NCBI RefSeq assembly: GCF_022045235.1
Contig: NW_027266282.1
Location: forward strand, 4,960,001 to 5,024,000
DNA from: Haliotis cracherodii
Lineage: Eukaryota
Reading direction: 5' to 3'
DNA: 64,000 nucleotides
The translations under genes were made by a program, and so were the position numbers. Each line of letters opens with the position of its first letter. Within the stretch, counting starts at the first letter, position 1. Below are positions 46,752-57,500 of the stretch, one piece after another. The notes beneath the pieces are model-generated. The model worked only from the letters and a program-made list of their open reading frames with translations, had not been told where the DNA came from and did not search any database.

Positions 46752-49288
46752 TTATGCCCTAAAAAAGAGGAGAATTTGAACTGTTACATTGTTTGTCAGC
46801 ACTGTTAGATCTTGTACAGTTCGAATCAATGGTTATTCCGGGGCAGAGTAGGCCCCTTGAACCTCCTGCTTGTGGGATGATCTTTACAGGAAGCCATGAT
46901 AAAGCTGGACTATTGCTGACTGTGGTGCAACCAAAATTGTGCTGTGGCCATATATTATGGATAAAAATCAAATGTGTCTGGAACAAAAGTACCACCATCC
47001 TCTATTGTTTCAAACAGAATGTTTTACAAAGGACAAAAGACCGCGGACTCTTGAAAATGAAATTTGAAGCAACATTTAGCGGACAAATTTCCACGATAAA
47101 AAGTAATCGAGTAAACATGTGCTTCACAGATCAATTACCATATCTGATATATGCGACACTAATCACATCGATAAACATCATATTGATTAATTTATTGCAT
47201 GACATACGCTGCCTGCAACAATAACGCTCTGTACCATTGTTGACAGGTTTTGTCAGTTTCTAAGACTTTGTTTGTCGTCATATACAAAAACACTGTATCA
47301 TTTCTTTCAACCGACTGAGATTTTTTTTTAAATTATACTTTCCACCCGAAACGTTTTGATCAAGAAATCTGGTACATAAAAAAACAAAGTTTAAAGAGAG
47401 GGGTACTTCAGGTGATATCATACCCGATGGCGGGTCGATTTATATATCAGTATATCAATATGGAATATTATCAAACACAGTAGTGTGTTGGGGTCATTTG
47501 AGTAAATCCACTGTCACTGAGCTTCACTACTGTGGGCCTCTATAAAATGGTTAAGGTGAAGATGACTCTAGTAGCATTTGAAACCCGGCTTTAATTGTTC
47601 CATATCACTCTAAAATGAGAAGGTAACGTCATTTGTAAATTATTCGTGACAAATGATGTAATTCGTTCAATACCTTTCAAGGGTATACTTCTTTCAGTCC
47701 CCCTAGCTACCTCCTGGGAACGAATTGAGTTTTCTTACTAAACATGTCTTTCAGTTTTCAATGAAGATCGCTTTTATTTAGAAAATATGTATTATAATGA
47801 GCAATATCATTCTGACCTTTAAATTACACAGAATTGATAGATATCGTTACAGCATACAGTAAAGTATATATTTAAAGTCTTGTGTAAGAAATAGTAAACA
47901 TTACATACCTGTGGGTCTAATTGTGCTCATTTATCCAACATGTATGGCATGCACATTTTGCCATCTCTGTTTGTAATCCGTTCAAAATGGCGGGTTTAAT
48001 TTAGATCTGCCGTTCAGTGATTTCCTAGGTTAAGTGGTAGCGAGAAGTAAGATCTGATTTTAATGATATTGGTCTTTTACCAACTGATCTCACTTTTTCT
48101 CCGTGCAACGATAAACATTTCTATAAATTAGCGACGGATACAGGTTTTTAAAACTCGCCCACCAACATTGTGTAAACGTCATACATCCCACCTATTGTGT
48201 ATTGATAGCAGCTGCACATCGACCAACCATACCTACAGTAGCTCACTATAACAACGTTATGTCATTGTGACCCGATGTGCTGCACGTTCTTACCTCGATA
48301 TAACGCTCGTCTGCGGATGAATCTATTTCTTTGTTTCCAAATGACAAATACAACCGGCAGTGTAGAAGCTACGTTTGTGACAACTACGATGGTAGTGCTG
48401 TGCAGAACAACAATAACATGAATGCAAATCCTCCTTAAATTCTTATATGCCCGCGAATTCAATAATTCTAGGAAAGACACACTTTCCTTGAACAGCAACG
48501 TGAACAGGTCGAAACACGATGCGGAGTGTAGATTTTAAATATAAAACGTCACCGTCACAGATTATTCAGTCTCGGTTATCCGCCGAAACAGATCCTTTGG
48601 GTGTAAACGGTAAATTAGCTTAATTGTGACAATTAAAAGAACACATCACTGAATGACAACCCCAAATAAGGACAAAAATACTAAAAGGTGAACTGCTAAA
48701 TAATAAAACGAAATATGCGTTACTGGAGCGTTTGAATGTTTTTTCTTTGGAAGATGGCAATATCAATTATTAATATTTATTTTAGGCTATTGTTGATTTA
48801 AGTTTTTCTTCTTCCTGTTACCAACTGATGCAGGTCTGGGACTCAAACCCACAATCATAGGATCCTGGCATATGTAAGGGATGCAACTGTGCACAGCGAT
48901 TTTCCGCGCCTTAGATGACTGAGCCAATCATGCATATTCGCGTAAAATAGAACGCATTGTTTGTCGAGCAGATTGTTTTATTTAGTCAACGAAAAATCAA
49001 AGTAAAATATGTTTATTGTTCGAAATGTGGTCATGTATAAGGCATGTACGCCTCGCAAACATTTACTTCCAACCTGGAGCTGGTGTGTTGCTTCTTACGC
49101 TCTTCATGTGGTTAGTTTGTTTGTTGCTCTCGCCTGTGAATAAGCGGATCTGAGACAGACAAACCAGTGGTTGATATTATGACCAACGTCCCACGACATC
49201 GGAGTAGGATGACACGCAATCAACAAAGTCACCGACCCAAACAGAGCCTGACCCTATGACTCAATTACGTCGCACCTGAAACAACAAT
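46752..49288. repeat. Duplicated intergenic spacer, copy 2
   Basis: Near-identical to 39652-43150. Confidence 0.92.
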
Positions 49289-49813
49289 AGGTCTGAAGGT
49301 TCGGGCAAGGGTTCCATTCTTTTTAACCTCGAAGACGGCACCTGGTTGGTTCAAGGAGCTGATCAGAAGGTCGTCCTCGTTACTGAGAGATATAGCAGCT
49401 ATAGGGCAACAGCAAGTTGCCTGGGAGATTTCCAACCAAGACCTGTGTGGAGGTATGCCTGCAAAGAACTACATGTTTGCTGCCTGTTCTGAGCATCACT
49501 GATCGTAGACACTTAAGAATCCTACCAGTGATATAGATCGTTGATCCATACATGTACACAACACAGTCATCCAAACAGGCAATTGTGTGAGCGGGCAGAT
49601 CATCAGTTAGTGGTGTATCTTTGTGGTTCATTTCAGTTAAAGTTCCACATGTAGTCATCGCCCTTATTTTTGTTATTGGCATTGTCTGCAATAACAAGTT
49701 TGTAATTCAAGATTCCCAATGATTTTATTTCTGGATCTTGGGTGTCTTTGGCAACTGTTTATATACAAATATTCATCTTCTCCAGGCTAACTGATCTCTA
49801 ATCCCCTCCATCC
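49289..49813 (-). pseudogene. Decaying NHL-coding remnant of TRIM copy C
   Basis: Shares the TAG (49798-49800) and the 3' deletion with copy B; private +1 frameshift near 49667 and 53-bp deletion near 49407. Confidence 0.88.
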
Positions 49814-52800
49814 TCAAGAGATACGGCAGCGGCGTGGGTTTTCTTCTCGTGTCGTGTCTTGAGTCTGCCTGTTCCCTGGTCCTGCCGGAATCATGTCTTG
49901 AGTCTGCCTGTTCCCTGGTCCTGCCGGAATCATGTATGGAGTCTGCCTGTTCCCTGGTCCTGCCGGAATCATGTATGGAGTCTGCCTGTTCCCTGGTCCT
50001 GCCGGAATCATGTATGAAGTCTGGCTGTTCCCTGGTCCTGCCGGAGTCATGTATGGAGTCTGGCTGTTCCCTGGTCCAGCTGGGATCATGTATCTAGTGT
50101 GGTTGTTTCCTGGTCCAGCTGACATCGTGTCTTGAGTCTGCCTGTTCCCTGGTCCTGCCGGAATCATGTATGGAGTCTGCCTGTTCCCTGGTCCTGCCGG
50201 AATCATGTATGGAGTCTGGCTGTTCCCTGGTCCAGCCGGAATCATGTATGGAGTCTGGCTGTTCCCTGGTCCTGCCGGAATCATGTATGGAGTCTGGCTG
50301 TTCCCTGGTCCAGCTGGGACCATGTATCTAGTCTGGTTGTTTCTTGGTCCAGCTGACATCGTGTCTTGCGTTTGGCTGTTCCCTGGTCCAGCTGACATCT
50401 TGTCTTGAGTCTCGAAATTTCCTGGTCTAATTGACATGGTGTCTGGAGTCCCACTGTTCCCTGGTCTAACTGACATCTTGTCTGGAGTCCCACTGTTTCC
50501 TGGTCTAACTGACATCTTATCTTGAGTCTCGATGTTTCCTGGTCTAAGCGACATGGTGTCTGGAGTCCCACTGTTCCCTGGTCTAACTGACATCTTGTCT
50601 GGAGTCCCTCTGTTCCCTGGTCTAACTGACATGGTGTCTGGAGTCCCACTGTTCCCTGGTCTAACTGACATCTTGTCAGGAGCCCTTCTGTTCCCTGGTC
50701 TAACTGACATCTTATCTTGAGTCTCGATGTTTCCTGGTCTAACTGACATGGTGTCTGGAGTCCCACTGTTCCCTGGTTTAACTGACATCTTGTCTGGAGT
50801 CCCACTGTTTCCTGGTCTAACTGATATGGTGTCTGGAGTCCCACTGTTCCCTGGTCTAACTGACATCTTGTCAGGAGCCCTTCTGTTCCCTGGTCTAACT
50901 GACATCTTATCTTGAGTCTCGATGTTCCCTGGTCTAACTGACATGGTGTCTTGAGTCCCACTGTTCCCTGGTCTAACTGACATCTTGTCTGGAGTCCCAC
51001 TGTTCCCTGGTCTAACTGACATGGTGTCTGGAGTCTCACTGTTTCCTGGTCTAACTGACATCTTGTCTGGAGTCTGGCTGTACCCTGGTCTAACTGACAT
51101 CTTGTCTGGAGTCCCACTGTTTCCTGGTCTAACTGACATGGTGTCTGGAGTCTCACTGTTTCCTGGTCTAACTGACATCTTGTCTGGAGTCCCACTGTTC
51201 CCTGTTCTAACTGACATCTTGTCTGGAGTCCCACTGTTCCCTGGTCTAACTGACATCTTGTCTGGAGTCCCACTGTTTCCTGGTCTAACTGACATCTTGT
51301 CTGGAGTCCCACTGTTTCCTCGTCTAACTGACATGGTGTCTGGAGTCTCACTGTTTCCTGGTCTAACTGACATGGTGTCTGGAGTCTCACTGTTTCCTGG
51401 TCTAACTGACATCTTGTCTGGAGTCCCACTGTTTCCTCGTCTAACTGACATGGTGTCTGGAGTCCCACTGTTTCCTCGTCTAACTGACATGGTGTCTGGA
51501 GTCTCACTGTTTCCTGGTCTAACTGACATGGTGTCTTGAGTCCCACTGTTCCCTGGTCTAATTGACATGGTGTCTGGAGTCCCACTGTTCCCTGGTCTAA
51601 CTGACATCTTGTCTGGAGTCCCAATGTTCCCTGGTCTAACTGACATCTTGTCTGGTGTCCCACTGTTCCCTGGTCTAACTGACATGTTGTCTGGAGTCCC
51701 ACTGTTCCCTGGTCTAACTGACATCTTGCCTGGAGTCCCACTGTTTCCTGGTCTAACTGACATGGTGTCTGGATTCTCACTGTTCCCTGGTCTAACTGAC
51801 ATGGTGTCTGGAGTCTCACTGTTTCCTGGTCTAACTGACATGGTGTCTGGAGTCTCACAGTTCCCTGGTCTAACTGACATCTTATCATGAGTCGCGATGT
51901 TTCCTGGTTCAGCTGGGGTCATGCCTGTAGTATCACTGTTCCCAGGTCCAGATACATTAGTGACTACATTTTGATGGGCTTTCTGTTCGTCATCAAACTT
52001 TTGTACAGATGCAGAACTGTCTAACCCAAAAGGTCCATACCTAGAGCTGTCTAACCCAACAGGTCCATACCTAGAGCTGTCTTCTGTCATAGGTCCAGAT
52101 GTAATCAGTGAATCTGAGCTATCTCCATTCATTTTTCTAGAGATCATCGGTGAATCTGGCACACCTCTATCCATAGGTTCGGTCATCAGGGAATCCGGGG
52201 TAACTTCTTGCCTAATGGCATTCTGTACAAAGATTTCCACATTTGTTGAATCCTCAAGCTTCAAGCTCATGCTATTGAGTGGACCCTCAGATGGATGTCC
52301 AGAAGAACAACACCTTGATAAAAGGGCTTTCCCAGCTTCACCTACTATCATCAAAGACTCGGTCAACTTGAACCCACTGTAGTCTTCCTGCTGACAGGTG
52401 TCGCTGTCATTTCTCATATACACTGATGCTGTACCATCTTCTGCAGAACCCTCGGCGACAAGGTTCTCGTTGCTACACAAAACATCAGTGATGATAAATC
52501 CAGTTTTGGAAGGTTCAAACTTCACTCTTGGAGCAACAATTGCAAACGGGATCCCACTTACCGTTTCACCAGCCAGACATTTGCTCTCGGTGACAGACAA
52601 GTGAGGATTAGATTTGGCAATGAGAGTTTTAGGTCTAAGTGAAGATGAAGAAAAAACGTCTTTCATCCCCTCAGCTTGTTTCCTGGTTAAACCATCCCCA
52701 GGCTTGGCAGTACTCCCTGGATAAGTGCTTGATACAGAACTGCGGGACTCCTCACATGGTATAGTCTCATCCTTCTTAATATCTTCATCACCTACGACGG

Positions 52801-53908
52801 CATTTTGAAACGAATGTGTGATGCTGATGACAGATTTCGGAGGGACATCACATCTAACATCAAACACAGGCACTTTCAGTTTGGAAGCAAAGACATCAGT
52901 GGCATCTTGTAATTGCTTACTTTCTTTAAAACAACTCTCAAGGTCATTGTGAAGAATGAGAACTGCCACATCCTGCCCCGATCTTAAAACTAAGTTTGTA
53001 AGAGACAACAGTTTTGGGCACAGATTTGACATCTGCTCTAAATCAGTGTTTAAGGTACTTGTGAGTTTAAGCTGCCGGTCACATAATTTTGAAAGCTTTT
53101 TTACAGCTTCCTGCTCCTGTTTTAGAACTAAATCCACAGCTGTCTGTGTCTTGTTCCTGATACTTTTAAGTGCAGCCTCTTGTATTGAAGAAATATCACG
53201 CTCCAGGTTCCTGAACATTTCCAACTTAGGAGTAGCAGATTCAGTCACATATGTGCTAAGCTGTTGTGATCTCTCTTCCAATTTCGTTGCACAGTTCTGG
53301 GCAGCCTCATCCAAGGTAAGAATCACATGACCTTTATGTTGAAATAAAAAACACAATTCACAAATTGGAATGACACAGGACTGACAGAAGTATGCACAAG
53401 CCCTTCCCGTATGATTGGCGTCACCACAAGGAAAGCTTCTTGTCTTTGCCTCGACAACATATTTCCCAGTTTTCACATCTCTAATGGCCACGACCCTGTG
53501 TGAGTAAGTGGCGCTTGATGCTTGGTGCCCTGCCTGACACACACCACACAGAACATCGCCACAGTCAACACACTGGTGGGTCACGTCATTGCACTGTTTG
53601 TGTAGGCAACAAACGCTGCAATATTCACCCTCGGGTTTGAATAACAGGTCTTCTAACGTACGAGAGGCACTGTCAATACATGTATTTAACTGTGATCGCA
53701 GACTGTCCGTTTCGTCAGAGCATTGTGTGTTTGTTTCACACACAGGACAGTAGATGTGTTTATCCACGCTGAATGATTGATGGACTTCAAGACACTTTCG
53801 GCAAACTGTGTGGTAACAGGCTAAAGTAACGGGGCCTGGTTTCTTCTCCTTGCAGTTGGTACAGTAAAACACTTTGGACGCTTTGTCTGTTGAGGCAAGC
53901 ATCGACAT
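49814..53908 (-). CDS. TRIM copy C: RBCC plus 54 x 13-aa repeat tail, no NHL, about 1364 aa
   Basis: Uninterrupted 4.1-kb ORF from ATG 53908 with intact RING and B-box ligands; same terminal frameshift as copy B. Confidence 0.72.
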   Translation of the reverse strand: MSMLASTDKASKVFYCTNCKEKKPGPVTLACYHTVCRKCLEVHQSFSVDKHIYCPVCETNTQCSDETDSLRSQLNTCIDSASRTLEDLLFKPEGEYCSVCCLHKQCNDVTHQCVDCGDVLCGVCQAGHQASSATYSHRVVAIRDVKTGKYVVEAKTRSFPCGDANHTGRACAYFCQSCVIPICELCFLFQHKGHVILTLDEAAQNCATKLEERSQQLSTYVTESATPKLEMFRNLERDISSIQEAALKSIRNKTQTAVDLVLKQEQEAVKKLSKLCDRQLKLTSTLNTDLEQMSNLCPKLLSLTNLVLRSGQDVAVLILHNDLESCFKESKQLQDATDVFASKLKVPVFDVRCDVPPKSVISITHSFQNAVVGDEDIKKDETIPCEESRSSVSSTYPGSTAKPGDGLTRKQAEGMKDVFSSSSLRPKTLIAKSNPHLSVTESKCLAGETVSGIPFAIVAPRVKFEPSKTGFIITDVLCSNENLVAEGSAEDGTASVYMRNDSDTCQQEDYSGFKLTESLMIVGEAGKALLSRCCSSGHPSEGPLNSMSLKLEDSTNVEIFVQNAIRQEVTPDSLMTEPMDRGVPDSPMISRKMNGDSSDSLITSGPMTEDSSRYGPVGLDSSRYGPFGLDSSASVQKFDDEQKAHQNVVTNVSGPGNSDTTGMTPAEPGNIATHDKMSVRPGNCETPDTMSVRPGNSETPDTMSVRPGNSENPDTMSVRPGNSGTPGKMSVRPGNSGTPDNMSVRPGNSGTPDKMSVRPGNIGTPDKMSVRPGNSGTPDTMSIRPGNSGTQDTMSVRPGNSETPDTMSVRRGNSGTPDTMSVRRGNSGTPDKMSVRPGNSETPDTMSVRPGNSETPDTMSVRRGNSGTPDKMSVRPGNSGTPDKMSVRPGNSGTPDKMSVRTGNSGTPDKMSVRPGNSETPDTMSVRPGNSGTPDKMSVRPGYSQTPDKMSVRPGNSETPDTMSVRPGNSGTPDKMSVRPGNSGTQDTMSVRPGNIETQDKMSVRPGNRRAPDKMSVRPGNSGTPDTISVRPGNSGTPDKMSVKPGNSGTPDTMSVRPGNIETQDKMSVRPGNRRAPDKMSVRPGNSGTPDTMSVRPGNRGTPDKMSVRPGNSGTPDTMSLRPGNIETQDKMSVRPGNSGTPDKMSVRPGNSGTPDTMSIRPGNFETQDKMSAGPGNSQTQDTMSAGPRNNQTRYMVPAGPGNSQTPYMIPAGPGNSQTPYMIPAGPGNSQTPYMIPAGPGNRQTPYMIPAGPGNRQTQDTMSAGPGNNHTRYMIPAGPGNSQTPYMTPAGPGNSQTSYMIPAGPGNRQTPYMIPAGPGNRQTPYMIPAGPGNRQTQDMIPAGPGNRQTQDTTREENPRRCRIS
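49844..51949 (-). repeat. Coding 39-bp VNTR, 54 units, two subtypes (RPGNSGTPDKMSV then GPGNSQTPYMIPA)
   Basis: Units counted from the translation; 54 x 39 = 2106 nt. Confidence 0.95.
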
Positions 53909-54134
53909 TGTGGTCACCTCCAAATATGCCCTAAAAAAGAGGAAAATTTGAACTGTAAGATTGTTTGTCAGTACTGAAAGGTCGTGTACAGTTCACATCA
54001 ATTGGTATTCCAGGGCAAAGAAGGCCCCTTGTACCTCGACATCTTGCTTGTGATAAGAGCATATGAATGGTTTCGTAGTTTAGGCTGAGACTTTGGCTTC
54101 TTTTCTTTTCTCCACCGACTATTCGCACGATAAA

Positions 54135-54233
54135 CAACGTCACGGAGTATTTCATACGTTGAGCAATGTCATGAAGTGTTTCATACGGTGAGCAATGTCA
54201 CTGAGTGTTTCATACGTTGAGCAATGTCACGGA
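54135..54233. repeat. 29-bp minisatellite, block 1 (gtttcatacgttgagcaacgtcacggagt)
   Basis: The same unit resumes at 60181-60350 and 61819-61940, i.e. one array split by insertions. Confidence 0.85.
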
Positions 54234-54280
54234 TACTAAGTTTTCCTAAAATAATTAGCAAGTGCTGTTATAAGTTATCA

Positions 54281-54570
54281 TGTTGTAACAAATGTACAAT
54301 TTTGTATAAAACTTTTCGAGAACTGAAAGTAATTTATATTAGGATTCAGGGAAATGTAGGCAACAAAATATTAGTAGTTTCAGTTGTAGCTTTTAAGATA
54401 AAAAAAACCAAGCAGACCTCTGACCAACAGCCCAGAGGGTTCTACTAAACTTTCTGTGGCACCCTCAGCTATAGTTTGAGATATTGTTAATTGTTCTTGT
54501 AAATAAAATTGTAATTAGTCTCTTGTGACTCTGGCTCTTTTGCTGACTAATACCCCCAAGAAAATCAACA
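54281..54570 (+). mobile_element. Probable solo LTR, 290 bp
   Basis: TGTTG...CAACA termini; flanking TATCA / TACCA (5-bp TSD with one mismatch); TATAAAA near 54306 and AATAAA near 54502. Confidence 0.5.
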
Positions 54571-57500
54571 TACCATTACAAGCCCTCCCCCTGAATATCC
54601 CATGTTCACTCCCTTAGGTGCATATGTTTTGTATGTTGGCAACTTTGAAGATTTGATACTTATAACATTAAGGTTATTGCAATGACGTATTGACTTTCAT
54701 GTTTGTTTATGAGCGAAATAATAAAATGGTTGAATGTTGTCAGTGATTATTTGCATTTCATTTCAGGAACCAAGAACAATGGCCAGGCAAAGCCGATTAA
54801 CTACTTTGATCGGCAGTTGTCTGGTCCAGGTCCTGAGGGGGAACATTTGTACACCCTACTGGCCAACGAAACAAACAAGTATGCCTACAGCTGCTTGCGG
54901 GACCACACCCTTCCTCCACAGTCAAGACTCCAAGAATGGGAGCCAGTTGCAAATTCAGAAATGCGGGCATTTCTGGGCCTGGTACTGCTTATGGGACTGG
55001 TGAAGAAACCAACGATTTCCTCTTACTGGAATGAGGGGCTCACACACAGGTATGCTATTTAACACTTATAATTTATTATTACTTATAATGATATATTTAT
55101 GACATATATTTTTTCATGTCAGTTAAGCTATATCATATCATACCATTGTTTATGATGTCACAAATTGGTAATATTGCAGTTCATAGCAATTTCACTGAGG
55201 ATTGAGATTTCCTGTTCTGTTTTTCCACCTTTCATTAGTAGGCTTCATCAAATGATATATTATAAGATCAGGATTTTTTGTTATACTCTAGTTATTTCAG
55301 TTAAATTCAAACATTTTACTTTTTAAAAAATAACAGTAATATTTGTAGAGATTATTTCATAAATTAAGCTTATGATTTCTTTCAGACTTTCCAGGACACC
55401 AGGCTTCGGGGAGGTGATGACAAGAAACCGCTTCCAGTTGTTGCTCCACGTGATTCATGCAAGTGATAACGCGGAGCCAACTCCCCGAACACAGCCTGGT
55501 GATGAGCTCCTCGACAAGTTCAGACCAATGTTTGAACTTGTCAACAAGTCGTTCGCATCAAACTATCGGTATGTATTGTTTTAAGTGAAGGTAAGCAAGT
55601 TTATGTGTATTACTCCAAGATATCTAAGTGAACTTAAGAAACATCAGGTGTATCAAGCCATTCATATTGGTTTTGATAACATTCATATCAATCAGGATTT
55701 TTTAATGTATTCTTCATGAGGAAACATGTTAAATGCATAATGAACATATGTGTGTATATATATATTACAGGCTGGCCCGAGATGTTTGTGTGGATGAGAG
55801 GGTCGTTGGTTTCAAGGGAAGACACAAGCTGAAGCAGTACCTGGCCAACAAGAAGAAAGACAAGTGGGGTTTGCAGATGTGGGTTCTTGCTGAGTCTGAG
55901 TCTGGTTACACTCATCAGTTCCAGGCCTCCGTGGGCAGGAAACACGGATGTGCCAGACCACCCGGGAAACAGAATGTTGGACACCGGGTGGTCATGGAAC
56001 TGATGCAGCCTCATCTCAACAAGGGCCATCACGTCACCCTGGACAGTTACTTTTGCAGTCCTGGCCTTTGTCATGCTTTATATGACAAAGGCACGTTCTG
56101 CACAGGTACTGTAGCCGTTCGGAGACAAGGGATGCCCAAGTCCTTCAACGTACCAAAGAGGGGCTTGACGAGAGGACAAGCGACATCAAAGGTCCAGGGC
56201 CCACTGCTGGCAGTGCTCTGGCCCGACAGGAAGGTTTTTACCATGCTGACAACGCTTGGTACACCACGGTAAGATATTTTTACACAATGAACAAAGACAT
56301 TTATTCTAGAGAGCATTACATCATAACAAACATAATAAAAAATATGTAATATATTTTTACAGGGTTTTGTGTTAATATCAAATTAATATTTTCAGATGTT
56401 ATTTGTGACTTGTGATGAGATATTGTTTGGTTAATTTCAGTATGGAAGACTGCCCTAATGCTAAGGGACGGACCTTGAAGATCCCTTCTGTGGTAAACAT
56501 GTACAATCATACCATGGGAGGGGTAGATCTTGGTGACCAATTCATCAAGCTCTACGATCCAAGGCTCCGTTCCTGCAAGCTGTGGAGGAAGGCACTCTTT
56601 GAAGTCCTCCTCACAGCAGCAGGTATGTAGTAAACACTGTATGCATTGAGGAATAAGAATGCAGTGAAATTATTAAAGTCAAACAATTCAGTGATATGTA
56701 TTAATAGTAATCTTGTGTGTGTAATTTTTGTTGTTGTAGGATCTCATAGCTCAAAATATTTCTTATCTTCTTTCAGTCAATGCATACGTGGTGTACCAAC
56801 GCTGCTGGTTACAATCGAGAAAACTTGGTCGCTTGCCCTTTCAGGAATCCATTGTCGCTTCACTCGTAGGGGATCAAGTTACTTCAAGGAGTGCTTCTAA
56901 ACTTGGTCCAGCGCCCCATCCCCTACGATTGACCGGACGACATTTTCCAGGTGTTCTGCCTCAGAAGAAACGGAAGCAGTGTGCTGTATGCAGAGGACGG
57001 TCGCGAGTCAGGTCATGGTGTCCTGACTGCGGGGTTGGCCTCTGCATCAGCAACTGCTTCCGTGTTTACCATACAGTCCTTCAATTGCGTTCATCTGCAC
57101 CAAATGAAGAATAGACTATTCTTCATTAGCTGCAGATGAAATACTTTTAGAAACTGTTTCATCGCTGTTTTGAAAATTGTTTTATCCATATCACAGCGTC
57201 CAGTAAATCTGTGTTTAAACTGTTATGGTAGATCTTTTTATGATGGATTTTATTTATAACTTACATCATAAAAACTTTTTCTGGGGAGAAGCCCTACTTG
57301 TCTTTCATCTTGTACTGTAAAACTAAATACCAATCATGTGCTAATTGTAAATACTTTTTTGTCCATTTGTCTTTTGCATGCTGAGAGAAATAAATTTAAC
57401 ACCGCTTTAAACAGTATTTTCAGTTATATCACGGTGTGACATTTGTAAATACAATTTAATAATAAATGTTTCTTGAACATGTTGAGTTGACTTTTGGATT

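Noticed and set aside
50281-51888. 535-aa Cys-repeat ORF (QTRCQLDQGTVGL)n and antisense (PGLTDILSGVPLF)n ORFs as overlapping genes
   Set aside because: They are shadows of a 39-bp unit that lacks stops in those frames; they begin and end with the array and are broken by variant units.
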